Below, piece by piece: positions 1 to 9,290 of a DNA stretch of 32,000 bases; within the stretch, counting starts at the first letter, position 1; each line of letters begins with the position of its first letter. The position numbers and the translations under genes were made by a program. Source of the stretch: Caedibacter taeniospiralis (lineage in GTDB: Bacteria > Pseudomonadota > Gammaproteobacteria > Francisellales > Francisellaceae); contig NZ_PGGB02000002.1 of assembly GCF_002803295.2 (NCBI RefSeq), positions 1 to 32,000 of the forward strand, given 5' to 3'. The notes beneath the pieces are model-generated. The model searched no databases, was not told the DNA's origin, and saw only the letters and a program-made list of their open reading frames with translations.

Positions 1-41
1 ATTGTATTGAATATAAACAAATATAAATAGGAGAAACAGAA

Positions 42-557
42 ATGTCTACTCGACAAAGTTTAAATTATGCAGGTGCCCCAATGGTGTCTTTCCCTTGGGG
101 GTACACAAAAGAGCGTGCCAAGCATTATCTGTACAGTGAGGCGATTTACACCGAGCCGACCTATATTTGGGTTCTTACGATTAACAAAGGGAAATATCCT
201 GGTTTTGAAGAGCTGGAAGGAGGTGAAGTCTGCATTCCACAAGGTTATGGTGCTTTTGGTGAAATGCAGGCAATGCTCAATCAAAAAAAAGTGACACGAA
301 TAACAGCACTAACGATGCAGGATTGTTTTAACCAGCTAAAGAATAATCGTGTTGTGGCAGTGTATGCAAGCGAAGATGCGACTGACAACATCGCCCATAT
401 AACAGGTGGTGAGACACTTTTTACCAGGGCATTTATAGCTGATATGCTTACCTATTATCTGATTGCGGGTAAAAATCAGCCATACTCAGGACAGTTGATC
501 AAATCCTTTAACAAAGGCTTGAAACAATTTAAATTTAACCCTGCTAACGATTGCTGA
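42..557 (+). CDS. Hypothetical protein (171 aa)
   Basis: Intact ORF with an RBS-like GGAGAAA upstream of the ATG; no family recognised. Confidence 0.7.
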   Translation: MSTRQSLNYAGAPMVSFPWGYTKERAKHYLYSEAIYTEPTYIWVLTINKGKYPGFEELEGGEVCIPQGYGAFGEMQAMLNQKKVTRITALTMQDCFNQLKNNRVVAVYASEDATDNIAHITGGETLFTRAFIADMLTYYLIAGKNQPYSGQLIKSFNKGLKQFKFNPANDC

Positions 558-750
558 TTTGGCTTAGGGTGAATATGGGGCATTTATCAATATCTGCTAA
601 ATCACAATTGTGAAGCAGTATTTTTTTATGCTAAGGTTGGGCTTGATAAGTGTGTGCAAAATTTTGTTGTGAAGCCATCGCGACAAGATAAGCAATCCAC
701 TATAATGCCTAACCACAATAAGCTACCGAAAGTGGCATATTACAAATTGG

Positions 751-1044
751 AGTTACGCACTTTTGCATTTTTGAACACCCTGCCTCGCAAGCCTGACCAC
801 TCCAGCGTGGTCAGGCTTGCGAGGCACCCCTCTTGGAAAGAGGGGAATTTTTCCGACAAATTGTTGCTAGATCCCCCTCTTTTCAAGAGGGGGGGTGAAA
901 AGCGCCCGAAAGAAGCAAACAGTTTTGCTTCTTTAGCTTTGAACGCCACAAGCTCTGCGCGTGTGGCTGACGGGTCTGACCACTCCAGAGTGGTCAGACG
1001 GGGTGTTTTCTAAACTACAAAGTTTGTGAGAGTGCGCAACCCCA
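751..1044. repeat. Composite palindromic intergenic repeat (copy A of a dispersed family)
   Basis: Perfect stems: 781-800/807-826 (20 bp, TGCCTCGCAAGCCTGACCAC), 827-834/838-845 (8 bp), 875-883/887-895 (9 bp), 972-983/986-997 (12 bp). Left end AGTTACGCACTTTTGC matches the left end of copy B; weak inverted counterpart near 1031-1044. Confidence 0.75.
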
Positions 1045-1090
1045 GTTACAAAGGTTAAAACCAAGCGAAATCAATAGGAATTACATTTAC

Positions 1091-2995
1091 ATGAAAAAAA
1101 ATGAGTTCTTGCGAAATGCACTATTCTGGGGGCTAATTGCTGTCGGGTTAGTGTTTATTTTTAGCAATATGAGCACAAAAATAGAACCGTCAGCGATGAT
1201 GAAATACTCGAATTTTGTACGGCAATTAAATAGTGGCAATATTCAATCGGTAACTGTGGATGGGCGAACGTTTACAGGAACAACAGATGCAGGTGAGAAA
1301 TTTACAACCTATGCTCCACTTTTAGATCAAGGCATAGTTGACCAAATGCTGACTAAAAATACGGAAGTTTCGGCTAAGGCACCGGAGAAGCCAAGTTTAT
1401 TACTGGCGTTTTTATTTAACTGGCTGCCGCTATTATTGATTGCAGGCTTCTTTATTTTTCTAATGATGCGTGCAGGTGGCGGTAGAGGTGGTGCTTTCTC
1501 TTTTGGCAAAAGCAAGGCCAAGTTATTGGGTGAGGATCAAATTAAGGTTACGCTTGCGGATGTGGCAGGTGTCGATGAAGCTAAGGAAGAGGTGGGTGAA
1601 ATCGTTGATTTTCTTAAAAACCCCGCTAAATACGAAAAAATCGGCGGAAAAATTCCAAAGGGCGTGCTCATGGTAGGTCCCCCTGGGACGGGTAAGACGC
1701 TGTTGGCGCGAGCGATTGCAGGTGAGGCAAAAGTGCCTTTTTTCTCCATTTCGGGTTCTGATTTTGTTGAGATGTTTGTGGGCGTTGGGGCATCACGTGT
1801 CAGAGATATGTTTGAACAAGCGAAGCGTCGAGCACCTTGTATTATCTTTATTGATGAAATTGATGCCGTTGGGCGCCACCGCGGTGCGGGTCTAGGTGGT
1901 GGGCATGATGAGCGTGAGCAAACCTTAAACCAGATGCTGGTTGAGATGGATGGCTTTGCCGACAATGAAGGTGTTATTGTTATTGCGGCAACTAATCGCC
2001 CCGATGTGCTGGATCCTGCACTTTTGCGTCCAGGACGTTTTGATAGACAAGTAACGGTTGGTCTTCCAAGTGTTAAAGGTCGTGAACAGATTTTAAAAGT
2101 TCACATGCGTAAGATTGCCGTGGCAGATGAGGTTAGAGTGGATTGGATTGCGCGAGGCACCCCAGGATTCTCAGGAGCAGAGCTTGCCAATTTAGTGAAT
2201 GAAGCCGCATTGTTTGCTGCAAGAGTGAATAGAGAAATCGTTGGCATGGAAGAGTTTGAAAAAGCCAAAGATAAAATTTTAATGGGTGCTGAGCGTCGCT
2301 CAATGGCGATGACGGATGAGCAGAAGCGTCTCACAGCCTACCACGAAGCAGGGCACGCGATCGTTGGGCGGCTGGTACCTGATCATGATCCTGTATATAA
2401 GGTGAGCATTATTCCAAGAGGACGCGCCTTAGGAGTCACAATGTACTTACCAGATGGTGATCAAGTCAGCCAATCACGTGAGCAGCTGCTAAGCCGTTTA
2501 TCGAGTATTTTTGGCGGTCGCATCGCAGAAGTGCTTATTTTCGGTTATGACAAGGTGACTACTGGGGCATCAAATGATATTCAGGTAGCAACCAGCATTG
2601 CCAGAAGCATGGTTACCAAGTGGGGGCTGTCTGACAAAATGGGACCAATTTTGTTTGATGAGGATGATCAGCAGCCATTTTTAGGGCAGAGCATGGGTAA
2701 AACTCCTAAGCATTTCTCTGATAAAACTGCGGTGGATATTGATAGCGAAGTACGGCGTTTAATCGATGAAAATTACAAAAGAGCTGAAAAGATTCTAAAA
2801 GAGAATATGGACATTCTGCATGCTATGGCTGAAGCGTTAATGAAGTATGAAACGATAGACTCAATGCAGGTCGATGACCTGATGGCGCGTCGCGAGGTCA
2901 GGGAGCCTGGTGATTGGGGTGATAGTTATATCCCCAAGGAGGAAAAAGAAGGAAACTCAAAATCCGTGTCTAAAAACGTCAGTCAGCCAGGTTAA
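1091..2995 (+). CDS. ftsH: ATP-dependent zinc metalloprotease FtsH
   Basis: Two N-terminal TM segments, Walker [15 protein letters not shown] region, HEAGH zinc site, 634 aa. Confidence 0.97.
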   Translation: MKKNEFLRNALFWGLIAVGLVFIFSNMSTKIEPSAMMKYSNFVRQLNSGNIQSVTVDGRTFTGTTDAGEKFTTYAPLLDQGIVDQMLTKNTEVSAKAPEKPSLLLAFLFNWLPLLLIAGFFIFLMMRAGGGRGGAFSFGKSKAKLLGEDQIKVTLADVAGVDEAKEEVGEIVDFLKNPAKYEKIGGKIPKGVLMVGPPGTGKTLLARAIAGEAKVPFFSISGSDFVEMFVGVGASRVRDMFEQAKRRAPCIIFIDEIDAVGRHRGAGLGGGHDEREQTLNQMLVEMDGFADNEGVIVIAATNRPDVLDPALLRPGRFDRQVTVGLPSVKGREQILKVHMRKIAVADEVRVDWIARGTPGFSGAELANLVNEAALFAARVNREIVGMEEFEKAKDKILMGAERRSMAMTDEQKRLTAYHEAGHAIVGRLVPDHDPVYKVSIIPRGRALGVTMYLPDGDQVSQSREQLLSRLSSIFGGRIAEVLIFGYDKVTTGASNDIQVATSIARSMVTKWGLSDKMGPILFDEDDQQPFLGQSMGKTPKHFSDKTAVDIDSEVRRLIDENYKRAEKILKENMDILHAMAEALMKYETIDSMQVDDLMARREVREPGDWGDSYIPKEEKEGNSKSVSKNVSQPG

Positions 2996-3059
2996 AAGAA
3001 GCTGGTGCCATATAACTACTATAACTACCACCTGATGAAAAAAGGAGTGCGCAATGGAG

Positions 3060-3608
3060 TTAATTCAAGTGAGTTCCCAACTCATTGAGGATTTGTCTTC
3101 TATGAGTGAAAGCACCTTTTTTTCTAAACCAAAGCGCTTCATTAATGTCTTCGACAGTTGTGGCGTGCTCAATAATCTGGTGATCTTTGATTTTACCCTG
3201 CCGATAAAACCATTCAGCGACGGCACTCCAGCGCCATAAAGGACTCTTGTTATGTATTTTCAAAATCGGTTTGGGAAAATCGTTATTACCTCTTTTGCCC
3301 AATATATAGAGAGATAGTGCCTGCTTACTCAGTGACACCCTGTCGGCAATATCGGATGAGCTTACAAGATGCTCTGGTGCAACACTGGTGACTGACGCAT
3401 TTATGTTCGCTGATTCAATATCTTTAATGGCTGAGATAATAGCTTGTTCAAAGTCATCACCCTCTCTGTCAAAATCCAAGTATACGGTACCGTTTTTAAA
3501 ATTGATTATAGCGTCATCACAACCTGCTTCAAACAGTGAATCCTCCAAATTTGGGGTGTTTAGATCAACATTTTGAAGAATAAGTGTAAATTGCTGCGTT
3601 TTACTCAT
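3060..3608 (-). CDS. HTH-containing putative antitoxin/regulator, partner of the HicA-like gene
   Basis: The 253-aa track ORF contains a better start at 3608 (MSKTQQFTLILQ...) preceded by AAGGAG on the minus strand. HTH-like segment SSSDIADRVSLSKQALSLYILGKRG; overlaps the upstream gene by 8 nt. Confidence 0.7.
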   Translation of the reverse strand: MSKTQQFTLILQNVDLNTPNLEDSLFEAGCDDAIINFKNGTVYLDFDREGDDFEQAIISAIKDIESANINASVTSVAPEHLVSSSDIADRVSLSKQALSLYILGKRGNNDFPKPILKIHNKSPLWRWSAVAEWFYRQGKIKDHQIIEHATTVEDINEALWFRKKGAFTHRRQILNELGTHLN

Positions 3609-3849
3609 TTCTATCTCCTTGGTGTTCGCAATTATCAACGACTCGTTTAATTTGTTTCGCGTGATTCTCAGTACTGCGCGGCGTTGACCATATACTGACT
3701 GAATGACCATCTCGATCTTCAAATGGGCATAGTAATCGACCCCAGGCATGAGCAGAATTTCCGCTGGATTGGTAACGGTAACGCCATCCTTTTGCTTCAG
3801 CGTATTTGATAGCTTTCTCAATGTCTTTATTTGGGTGCTTGGGTCGCAT
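3601..3849 (-). CDS. Small HicA-like protein (82 aa), putative toxin
   Basis: HPNKDIEKAIKYAEAKGWRYR...HAWGRLLCPFEDRDGHSVSIWSTPRSTENHAKQIKRVVDNC resembles the small HicA-fold family (basic, 'HAWG', conserved SIWSTP) by inspection. Confidence 0.65.
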   Translation of the reverse strand: MRPKHPNKDIEKAIKYAEAKGWRYRYQSSGNSAHAWGRLLCPFEDRDGHSVSIWSTPRSTENHAKQIKRVVDNCEHQGDRNE

Positions 3850-3892
3850 ACAGCTTCTTAACCACGATTAATTATGTTGGATTATAGACTGG

Positions 3893-3910
3893 TGTTGACT
3901 TATGTCAACA
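3893..3910. promoter_or_regulatory. Candidate operator palindrome TGTTGAC-ttat-GTCAACA
   Basis: Perfect 7-bp inverted repeat with 4-nt spacer, 44-61 nt upstream of the HicA-like start and in the divergent intergenic region shared with htpG. Confidence 0.4.
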
Positions 3911-3938
3911 ATAAGGGGTGGGTTTAAGCAAATTTTCC

Positions 3939-3966
3939 CTTGAAATATATTTTTTAACTCCCACTT
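3939..3966 (+). promoter_or_regulatory. Candidate sigma-32 (heat-shock) promoter for htpG
   Basis: CTTGAAA (3939-3945), 13-nt spacer, TCCCACTT (3959-3966), compared with E. coli consensus CTTGAAA/CCCCATNT. Confidence 0.5.
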
Positions 3967-4014
3967 GCTTGCGGTTGAATTTTGAATTAAACGCAAATCT
4001 AAATAGGAGCTAAT

Positions 4015-5907
4015 ATGTCTGAAAAACAAGTTTATGATTTTCAAACCGAGGTGAAACAACTGCTGCACCTTGTCATCCATTCACTGTATTCAAACCGTGA
4101 AATTTTCTTAAGAGAGCTGATTTCTAATGCCTCAGATGCGGCAGAGAAACTGCGTTTTGAAGCATTGAGTAATGCTGACATTTTTGAGAACGATGCAGAT
4201 CTGAAAGTACGCATTTCTTTCGATAAGGATGCAAAAACCATCACAATTTCAGACAACGGTATCGGTATGACGCGTGATGAGGCGATTGAACATTTAGGGA
4301 CGATTGCAAAATCAGGAACTAAAAAATTCTTAGAAGCGCTAAGTGGTGATCAAAGCAAAGACTCGCAGCTGATTGGTCAGTTTGGCGTTGGCTTTTATTC
4401 ATCTTATATTGTGGCAGACAAAGTCACAGTGAATACACGTAAGGCAGGAGCTGCGGCATCCCAGGGTGTTCGTTGGGAATCAAAAGCGGATGCCTCGTTC
4501 ACAGTCGAAGATATTACTAAGGAAAGCCGTGGCACTGAGATTATTCTCCATTTAAAGGATGAGGAAAAGGACTTATTAGATGACTGGAAATTGCGTCAAA
4601 TCGTTAAAAAATATTCCGATCATATTTCTCTGCCAATTCAAATGTTGAAGACGGAATATGATGAAGAGGGTAATGCAAAGGAAACTCAGGAATGGGAAAC
4701 CATCAATAAAGCCAAAGCCTTGTGGACACGTTCAAAAGCGGATATTACGGATGATGAGTATAAAGAGTTTTATAAACATATTTCGCATGATTTTACCGAT
4801 CCATTAACCTGGTCACACAATAAAGTTGAAGGCAATTTAGAGTATACAAGCCTGTTGTATTTGCCTGAGCGCGCGCCTTTTGATCTATGGGATCGTGAGC
4901 GTAAATCGGGTTTGCAGCTTTATGTGCAGCGTGTATTTATCATGGAAAACGAACATTTATTGCCGTCCTATTTGCGTTTTGTTAAAGGAGTGATTGATTC
5001 TAATGACTTACCTTTAAACATTTCACGTGAAATTTTACAGCACAATAAAGTGATTGATAAAATCAAAAAAGCGACCGCCAAGAAAGTCCTCGATATGCTG
5101 GCGAAAATGGCAGAAGATGAAAAAGAGCAGTATGGCAAGTTTTGGAAGGCGTTTGGTCAAGTGCTAAAAGAAGCGCCAGCCGAAGATCATGAAAACAAAG
5201 AGAAAATTGCCCAGTTATTGCGTTTTGCCTCCACACATAAAAATACGGCTGAGCAGGATGTTTCTCTCGTGGACTATGTCTCACGCATGAAGGAAGATCA
5301 GAAGTTTATCTATTACGTAACCGCGGAGAGTTTTAATGCAGCGAAAAACAATCCACAATTGGAGGTTTTCCGCAAAAAAGGTATTGAAGTTCTGTTGTTA
5401 AGCGATCGCGTGGATGAGTGGATGACCTCGCATTTATCTGAGTTTGAAGGTAAAACCCTGAAGTCAGTTGCCAAAGGTGATTTGGATTTGGGTAGTTTAG
5501 ATTCAGAGGATGAGAAAAAACATCAGGAAGAAACTCAAAAAGCGTTTGAAACCATTATCAAGCAAATGAAAGAAGTGTTGAAAGCCCACGTTGATGAGGT
5601 TCGTATTTCTAAGCGCTTAACCAACTCCCCAAGTTGCATTGTGGTGAACGATTATGGCATGAGTATGCACTTGCAAAAAATGATGGCAGACGCAGGACAG
5701 ATGATGATGCCTGGCATGGGGGGTAAACCGATTCTTGAAATCAATGCTGAACATAAGCTGGTTAAACATTTGCAGCAAGAACAGGACGATGCACAATTTG
5801 CCGACTGGACAAATCTTTTATATCAGCAGGCGCTGCTTGTTGAAGGGGCGCAGCTTGAGGACCCCGCAAGCTTTGTGAGTCTAATGAATAGGTATCTGGC
5901 GGTATAA
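4015..5907 (+). CDS. htpG: Chaperone protein HtpG (Hsp90)
   Basis: [44 protein letters not shown], full-length 630 aa. Confidence 0.97.
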   Translation: MSEKQVYDFQTEVKQLLHLVIHSLYSNREIFLRELISNASDAAEKLRFEALSNADIFENDADLKVRISFDKDAKTITISDNGIGMTRDEAIEHLGTIAKSGTKKFLEALSGDQSKDSQLIGQFGVGFYSSYIVADKVTVNTRKAGAAASQGVRWESKADASFTVEDITKESRGTEIILHLKDEEKDLLDDWKLRQIVKKYSDHISLPIQMLKTEYDEEGNAKETQEWETINKAKALWTRSKADITDDEYKEFYKHISHDFTDPLTWSHNKVEGNLEYTSLLYLPERAPFDLWDRERKSGLQLYVQRVFIMENEHLLPSYLRFVKGVIDSNDLPLNISREILQHNKVIDKIKKATAKKVLDMLAKMAEDEKEQYGKFWKAFGQVLKEAPAEDHENKEKIAQLLRFASTHKNTAEQDVSLVDYVSRMKEDQKFIYYVTAESFNAAKNNPQLEVFRKKGIEVLLLSDRVDEWMTSHLSEFEGKTLKSVAKGDLDLGSLDSEDEKKHQEETQKAFETIIKQMKEVLKAHVDEVRISKRLTNSPSCIVVNDYGMSMHLQKMMADAGQMMMPGMGGKPILEINAEHKLVKHLQQEQDDAQFADWTNLLYQQALLVEGAQLEDPASFVSLMNRYLAV

Positions 5908-5956
5908 CTGCGAATTTTAATGCCTATAGCTCTGAGGATGAATAAGAAGACAAACT

Positions 5957-6295
5957 TTAGAGAGCTTCTTGATTCATCTCTCCCGTACGGATACGGATAA
6001 CTTCTTCTAAGTGGGTGATGGTGATTTTCCCTGCGCCTATTTTATCTGTTTGATTAACGCTGATGATGGCATTAACAAAATCCTTTTTTTGTTCATCACA
6101 GCAAATAACTTCTACTTTTATTTTAGGCAGGAAATCAACAGCGTATTCAGCGCCACGATAGAGTTCAGTGTGCCCTAGCTGGCGACCAAAGCCTTTGACC
6201 TCAGTGATAGTGATACCCGTTGCTCCGACATTCAACAACTCTTCACGAGTGCGATCAAGTAGATAAGGTTTAATGTAAGCAGTAATTAGCTTCAT
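5957..6295 (-). CDS. glnB: Nitrogen regulatory protein P-II
   Basis: VTEVKGFGRQ-type signature, T-loop GHTELYRGAEYAVDFLPKIKVEV with the tyrosine corresponding to Y51, C-terminal IRIRTGE; 112 aa. glnB versus glnK not fully resolved. Confidence 0.9.
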   Translation of the reverse strand: MKLITAYIKPYLLDRTREELLNVGATGITITEVKGFGRQLGHTELYRGAEYAVDFLPKIKVEVICCDEQKKDFVNAIISVNQTDKIGAGKITITHLEEVIRIRTGEMNQEAL

Positions 6296-6373
6296 GCGTG
6301 AACTGATTGGTCAATTTGGCTGTCTATGCTACATTATGCACTATCTGTTAGTAAAGCAATTAAGTGGTAGTGT

Positions 6374-6628
6374 ATGAAACTTAACAATAAACTCATTGAT
6401 GATGTGGCTAGTAAAATTTCAAGTGGGATCCCAGATAGTCTAAAGACGATTGCCAGTGAGCTTGAAAGTAATTGTAAGAGTGTTCTTAGGGCAAGTTTTG
6501 AGAAACTTGATCTGGTTACGCGCGAGGAGTTTGATATTCAAAAGGAAGTGCTGGTGAAAACCCGTCTAAAACTTGAGCAACTTGAAAAAAAAGTAGACGC
6601 GCTTATTGCCAAATGTGATGAGCAATAG
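6374..6628 (+). CDS. ubiK: UbiK/YqiC (BMFP) family accessory factor
   Basis: 84 aa with C-terminal coiled coil VTREEFDIQKEVLVKTRLKLEQLEKKVDAL typical of UbiK, directly upstream of comM. Confidence 0.8.
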   Translation: MKLNNKLIDDVASKISSGIPDSLKTIASELESNCKSVLRASFEKLDLVTREEFDIQKEVLVKTRLKLEQLEKKVDALIAKCDEQ

Positions 6629-6636
6629 GCTCAAAA

Positions 6637-8145
6637 ATGTCATTAGCTACGGTTTATAGCCGCGCCCAGCTTGGCGTTGACGCTCCTCAAGTGACGGTTG
6701 AGGTACATTTATCGCATGGATTGCCAAGCTTATCTATCGTTGGTTTGCCAGAAGCTGCTGTGAAAGAGAGCAAAGATCGCGTGAGAAGTGCGATTATTAA
6801 TTCAGGTTTTCAGTTCCCAAATAAACGCATTACGATTAATCTTGCGCCTGCGGATTTACCAAAGGAAGGTGGGCGATACGATTTGCCGATTGCCATTGGT
6901 GTTTTGATTGCATCCCAGCAGATTATTGCCCCTGATGTCCTTGAATATGAATTTGCTGCTGAGCTCTCATTATCTGGTAAACTTAGACCCATTAAAGGTA
7001 TTTTGCCTTTTGCGATTCAAAGTTTAAAACATCAAAGATGTCTTATGATTGCGCCTAAAAATCAGTCAGAGGTAACGCTTTTGCCCAAGCTATGCGCCTA
7101 TGCGGCAAATAACCTGCAAGAGGTTGTTTTGCACTTGTCAAAAACTCAATTTTTAAATGAGGCAGTACCAGATCAAACGGAGAAGACAAATCTGTTCCCG
7201 TTGTTGGATCTGTCCGAGGTAAAGGGTCAGTTTCAGGCGAAACGTGCGCTTGAGATTGCGGCAGCTGGAGGGCACAATGTATTGTTTATTGGTCCTCCTG
7301 GAACGGGTAAAACGATGCTGGCTTCCCGCTTTCACACAATACTCCCTAAGCTGACTATGGAAGAAGCGTTAGGCAGTGCAATGATTGCGTCTATCAAGGG
7401 AGTAAGTGATATTGCCACACATTTTTATGATCGACCATTTCGAGCTCCACATCACACCTCATCAGCAGTGGCACTCGTTGGTGGTGGCTCAAATCCCAAG
7501 CCTGGGGAGATTTCACTGGCGCATAATGGCGTTTTATTTTTAGATGAACTCCCTGAATTTGATCGCAGAGTTTTGGAGGTGCTAAGAGAGCCGCTAGAGT
7601 CAGGAAGAATTGTTATATCTCGAGCAAGCGCGCAGGTGGAGTATCCTGCTAAGTTTCAATTGATTGCAGCAATGAATCCTTGTCCTTGCGGGTTTTTAGG
7701 ATCACAAGTGAAACTCTGTAAAGATACAGATGCCCAAATCAAACACTATCAACAAAAACTGTCAGGACCATTACTGGATCGCATTGATCTGCAGGTTGAG
7801 GTGTTGGAAATAGACCATCAGACGCTGACGGGAAAAGCGGAAGGTGAAGCAAGTCAAGCTATTAAAAAGCGCGTTTGTGCAGCAAGAGTCTTACAAGTCA
7901 AACGGCAGGGGAAAATTAATGCTGAACTGCAAGGTAAGGAAATTGATCAATTCTGCGTTTTAGGGGATAATGAGCGCCTGTTGTTGACTGAGGCTATCCA
8001 AAAATTAGGTTTATCTGCCAGGGCTTATCATCGCATCCTGAAAATTTCGCGGACAATTGCTGATTTGGTAGGGCAAACAATAATTGATAAGCACCATATT
8101 CAAGAGGCTTTGAGTTATCGTAAGCTTGAGCGTTTTCAGCAGTAA
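6637..8145 (+). CDS. comM: ComM/YifB-type Mg chelatase-like AAA ATPase
   Basis: N-terminal SLATVYSRAQLGVDAPQVTVEVHLSHGLPSLSIVGLPEAAVKESKDRVRSAI, Walker [17 protein letters not shown] motif. Confidence 0.93.
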   Translation: MSLATVYSRAQLGVDAPQVTVEVHLSHGLPSLSIVGLPEAAVKESKDRVRSAIINSGFQFPNKRITINLAPADLPKEGGRYDLPIAIGVLIASQQIIAPDVLEYEFAAELSLSGKLRPIKGILPFAIQSLKHQRCLMIAPKNQSEVTLLPKLCAYAANNLQEVVLHLSKTQFLNEAVPDQTEKTNLFPLLDLSEVKGQFQAKRALEIAAAGGHNVLFIGPPGTGKTMLASRFHTILPKLTMEEALGSAMIASIKGVSDIATHFYDRPFRAPHHTSSAVALVGGGSNPKPGEISLAHNGVLFLDELPEFDRRVLEVLREPLESGRIVISRASAQVEYPAKFQLIAAMNPCPCGFLGSQVKLCKDTDAQIKHYQQKLSGPLLDRIDLQVEVLEIDHQTLTGKAEGEASQAIKKRVCAARVLQVKRQGKINAELQGKEIDQFCVLGDNERLLLTEAIQKLGLSARAYHRILKISRTIADLVGQTIIDKHHIQEALSYRKLERFQQ

Positions 8146-8171
8146 CAATCGATAAGTAACACGGTAAAAAG

Positions 8172-9074
8172 ATGAAAAAAATAGGCTCGCAAGTTTTAGT
8201 TTTAGTCTTGTATTTATGGGGGAAATTAAGTTTTAGCGTGGTGCAACGGCTTGGTTGGTTTATTGGCACGCTGTTTTTTTACCTTAATAGCGATATGCGC
8301 CGCGTTGCACGTATCAACATTGACAAATGCTTTCCTGAGCTTAGTGAATACCACAAAAAAAAGCTATTGAAAGGGACGCTGCAGCAGACCTGTATGACAG
8401 GCGCCGAAATGCCAGGGATATTATTTAAAAGCCCTCAGAAATTGTTGCAGCAGATTCAGGTGTGTTATGGTGAAAAACTGATGCAAGAGCTCTATGAACA
8501 AGGTAGAGGGGTTTTGCTAGTAGCGCCTCATTTGGGAAGTTATGAAATAGCGTCGATGTATATTTCAAGTAAATATCCTTCGGCGATGTTGTATACGCCC
8601 CCTAAAATTAAAGTTCTGGATCGGCTGATTCTTCAAGCGCGCTCACGCTTGTGCAAAAATATGTCGCCAGCAAATCATAAGGGCGTGAAGATAATCTTCA
8701 AGGCGCTTGCTAATAAAGAGGTCATTGCGATGCTGACTGACCAGGTTCCAGTGGATGCAGGTGGTAGTTATATTGATTTCTTTGGACATCCAGCTAAAAC
8801 GATGAATTTTCCCGATAAACTGTATAAGCGCTACAAGCCCGCGGTTGTGTTAAGCTATGCGGTACGTAATTCCATTGGTAAGGGGTTGACTTTGTATATC
8901 GAAGATCTGGAACCACTAATCAAGCAATATCAAGCGATAGAGGGAATGAAAGATCCAGTAGCTTACGCATTTACCAGGCGCTTTGAGGAAATCATTCGCC
9001 AGTATCCCTCGCAATATCAGTGGGCATACAAACGCTTTAAATATCACCCGCAAGGTGTTGATTTTTATAAATAA
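8172..9074 (+). CDS. LpxL/HtrB-type lipid A biosynthesis acyltransferase
   Basis: HX4E motif (HLGSYE), MLTDQVPVDAGGSYIDFFGHPAKT typical of the family; 300 aa. Substrate specificity not assignable. Confidence 0.85.
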   Translation: MKKIGSQVLVLVLYLWGKLSFSVVQRLGWFIGTLFFYLNSDMRRVARINIDKCFPELSEYHKKKLLKGTLQQTCMTGAEMPGILFKSPQKLLQQIQVCYGEKLMQELYEQGRGVLLVAPHLGSYEIASMYISSKYPSAMLYTPPKIKVLDRLILQARSRLCKNMSPANHKGVKIIFKALANKEVIAMLTDQVPVDAGGSYIDFFGHPAKTMNFPDKLYKRYKPAVVLSYAVRNSIGKGLTLYIEDLEPLIKQYQAIEGMKDPVAYAFTRRFEEIIRQYPSQYQWAYKRFKYHPQGVDFYK

Positions 9075-9080
9075 TTGGGG

Positions 9081-9242
9081 GTTACGAACTTTTGCTGCAC
9101 TACCCCGCCTCGCAGGCTCGGCACCCCTTCACTTGTGAAGGGGAATTTTTGAGAAGCCCCTGTCCTGCAATTCCCCTTCGTTAGCGAAGGGGTGGCTGCG
9201 AAGCAGACGGGGTAGTCTTCAAGCTCAGCAAAAGTTCGTAAC
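9081..9242. mobile_element. MITE-like element with perfect 17-bp terminal inverted repeats (copy B)
   Basis: GTTACGAACTTTTGCTG (9081-9097) and CAGCAAAAGTTCGTAAC (9226-9242) are exact reverse complements. Internal perfect stems 9124-9132/9135-9143 and 9173-9180/9185-9192. No coding capacity. Confidence 0.7.
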
Positions 9243-9290
9243 TTCAGTAAATAACTGAAGTAGGTAACTTCTCTAAACTGAGGATAAAAA

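Noticed and set aside
654-1013. 119-aa ORF (and antisense 69-aa ORF 740..949)
   Set aside because: Both consist largely of translated palindromic repeat sequence (same hairpins as elsewhere); no independent coding evidence.
3054-3576. Plus-strand ORFs 3054..3239 and 3388..3576
   Set aside because: Antisense to the HTH gene, which has the stronger RBS and operon context.
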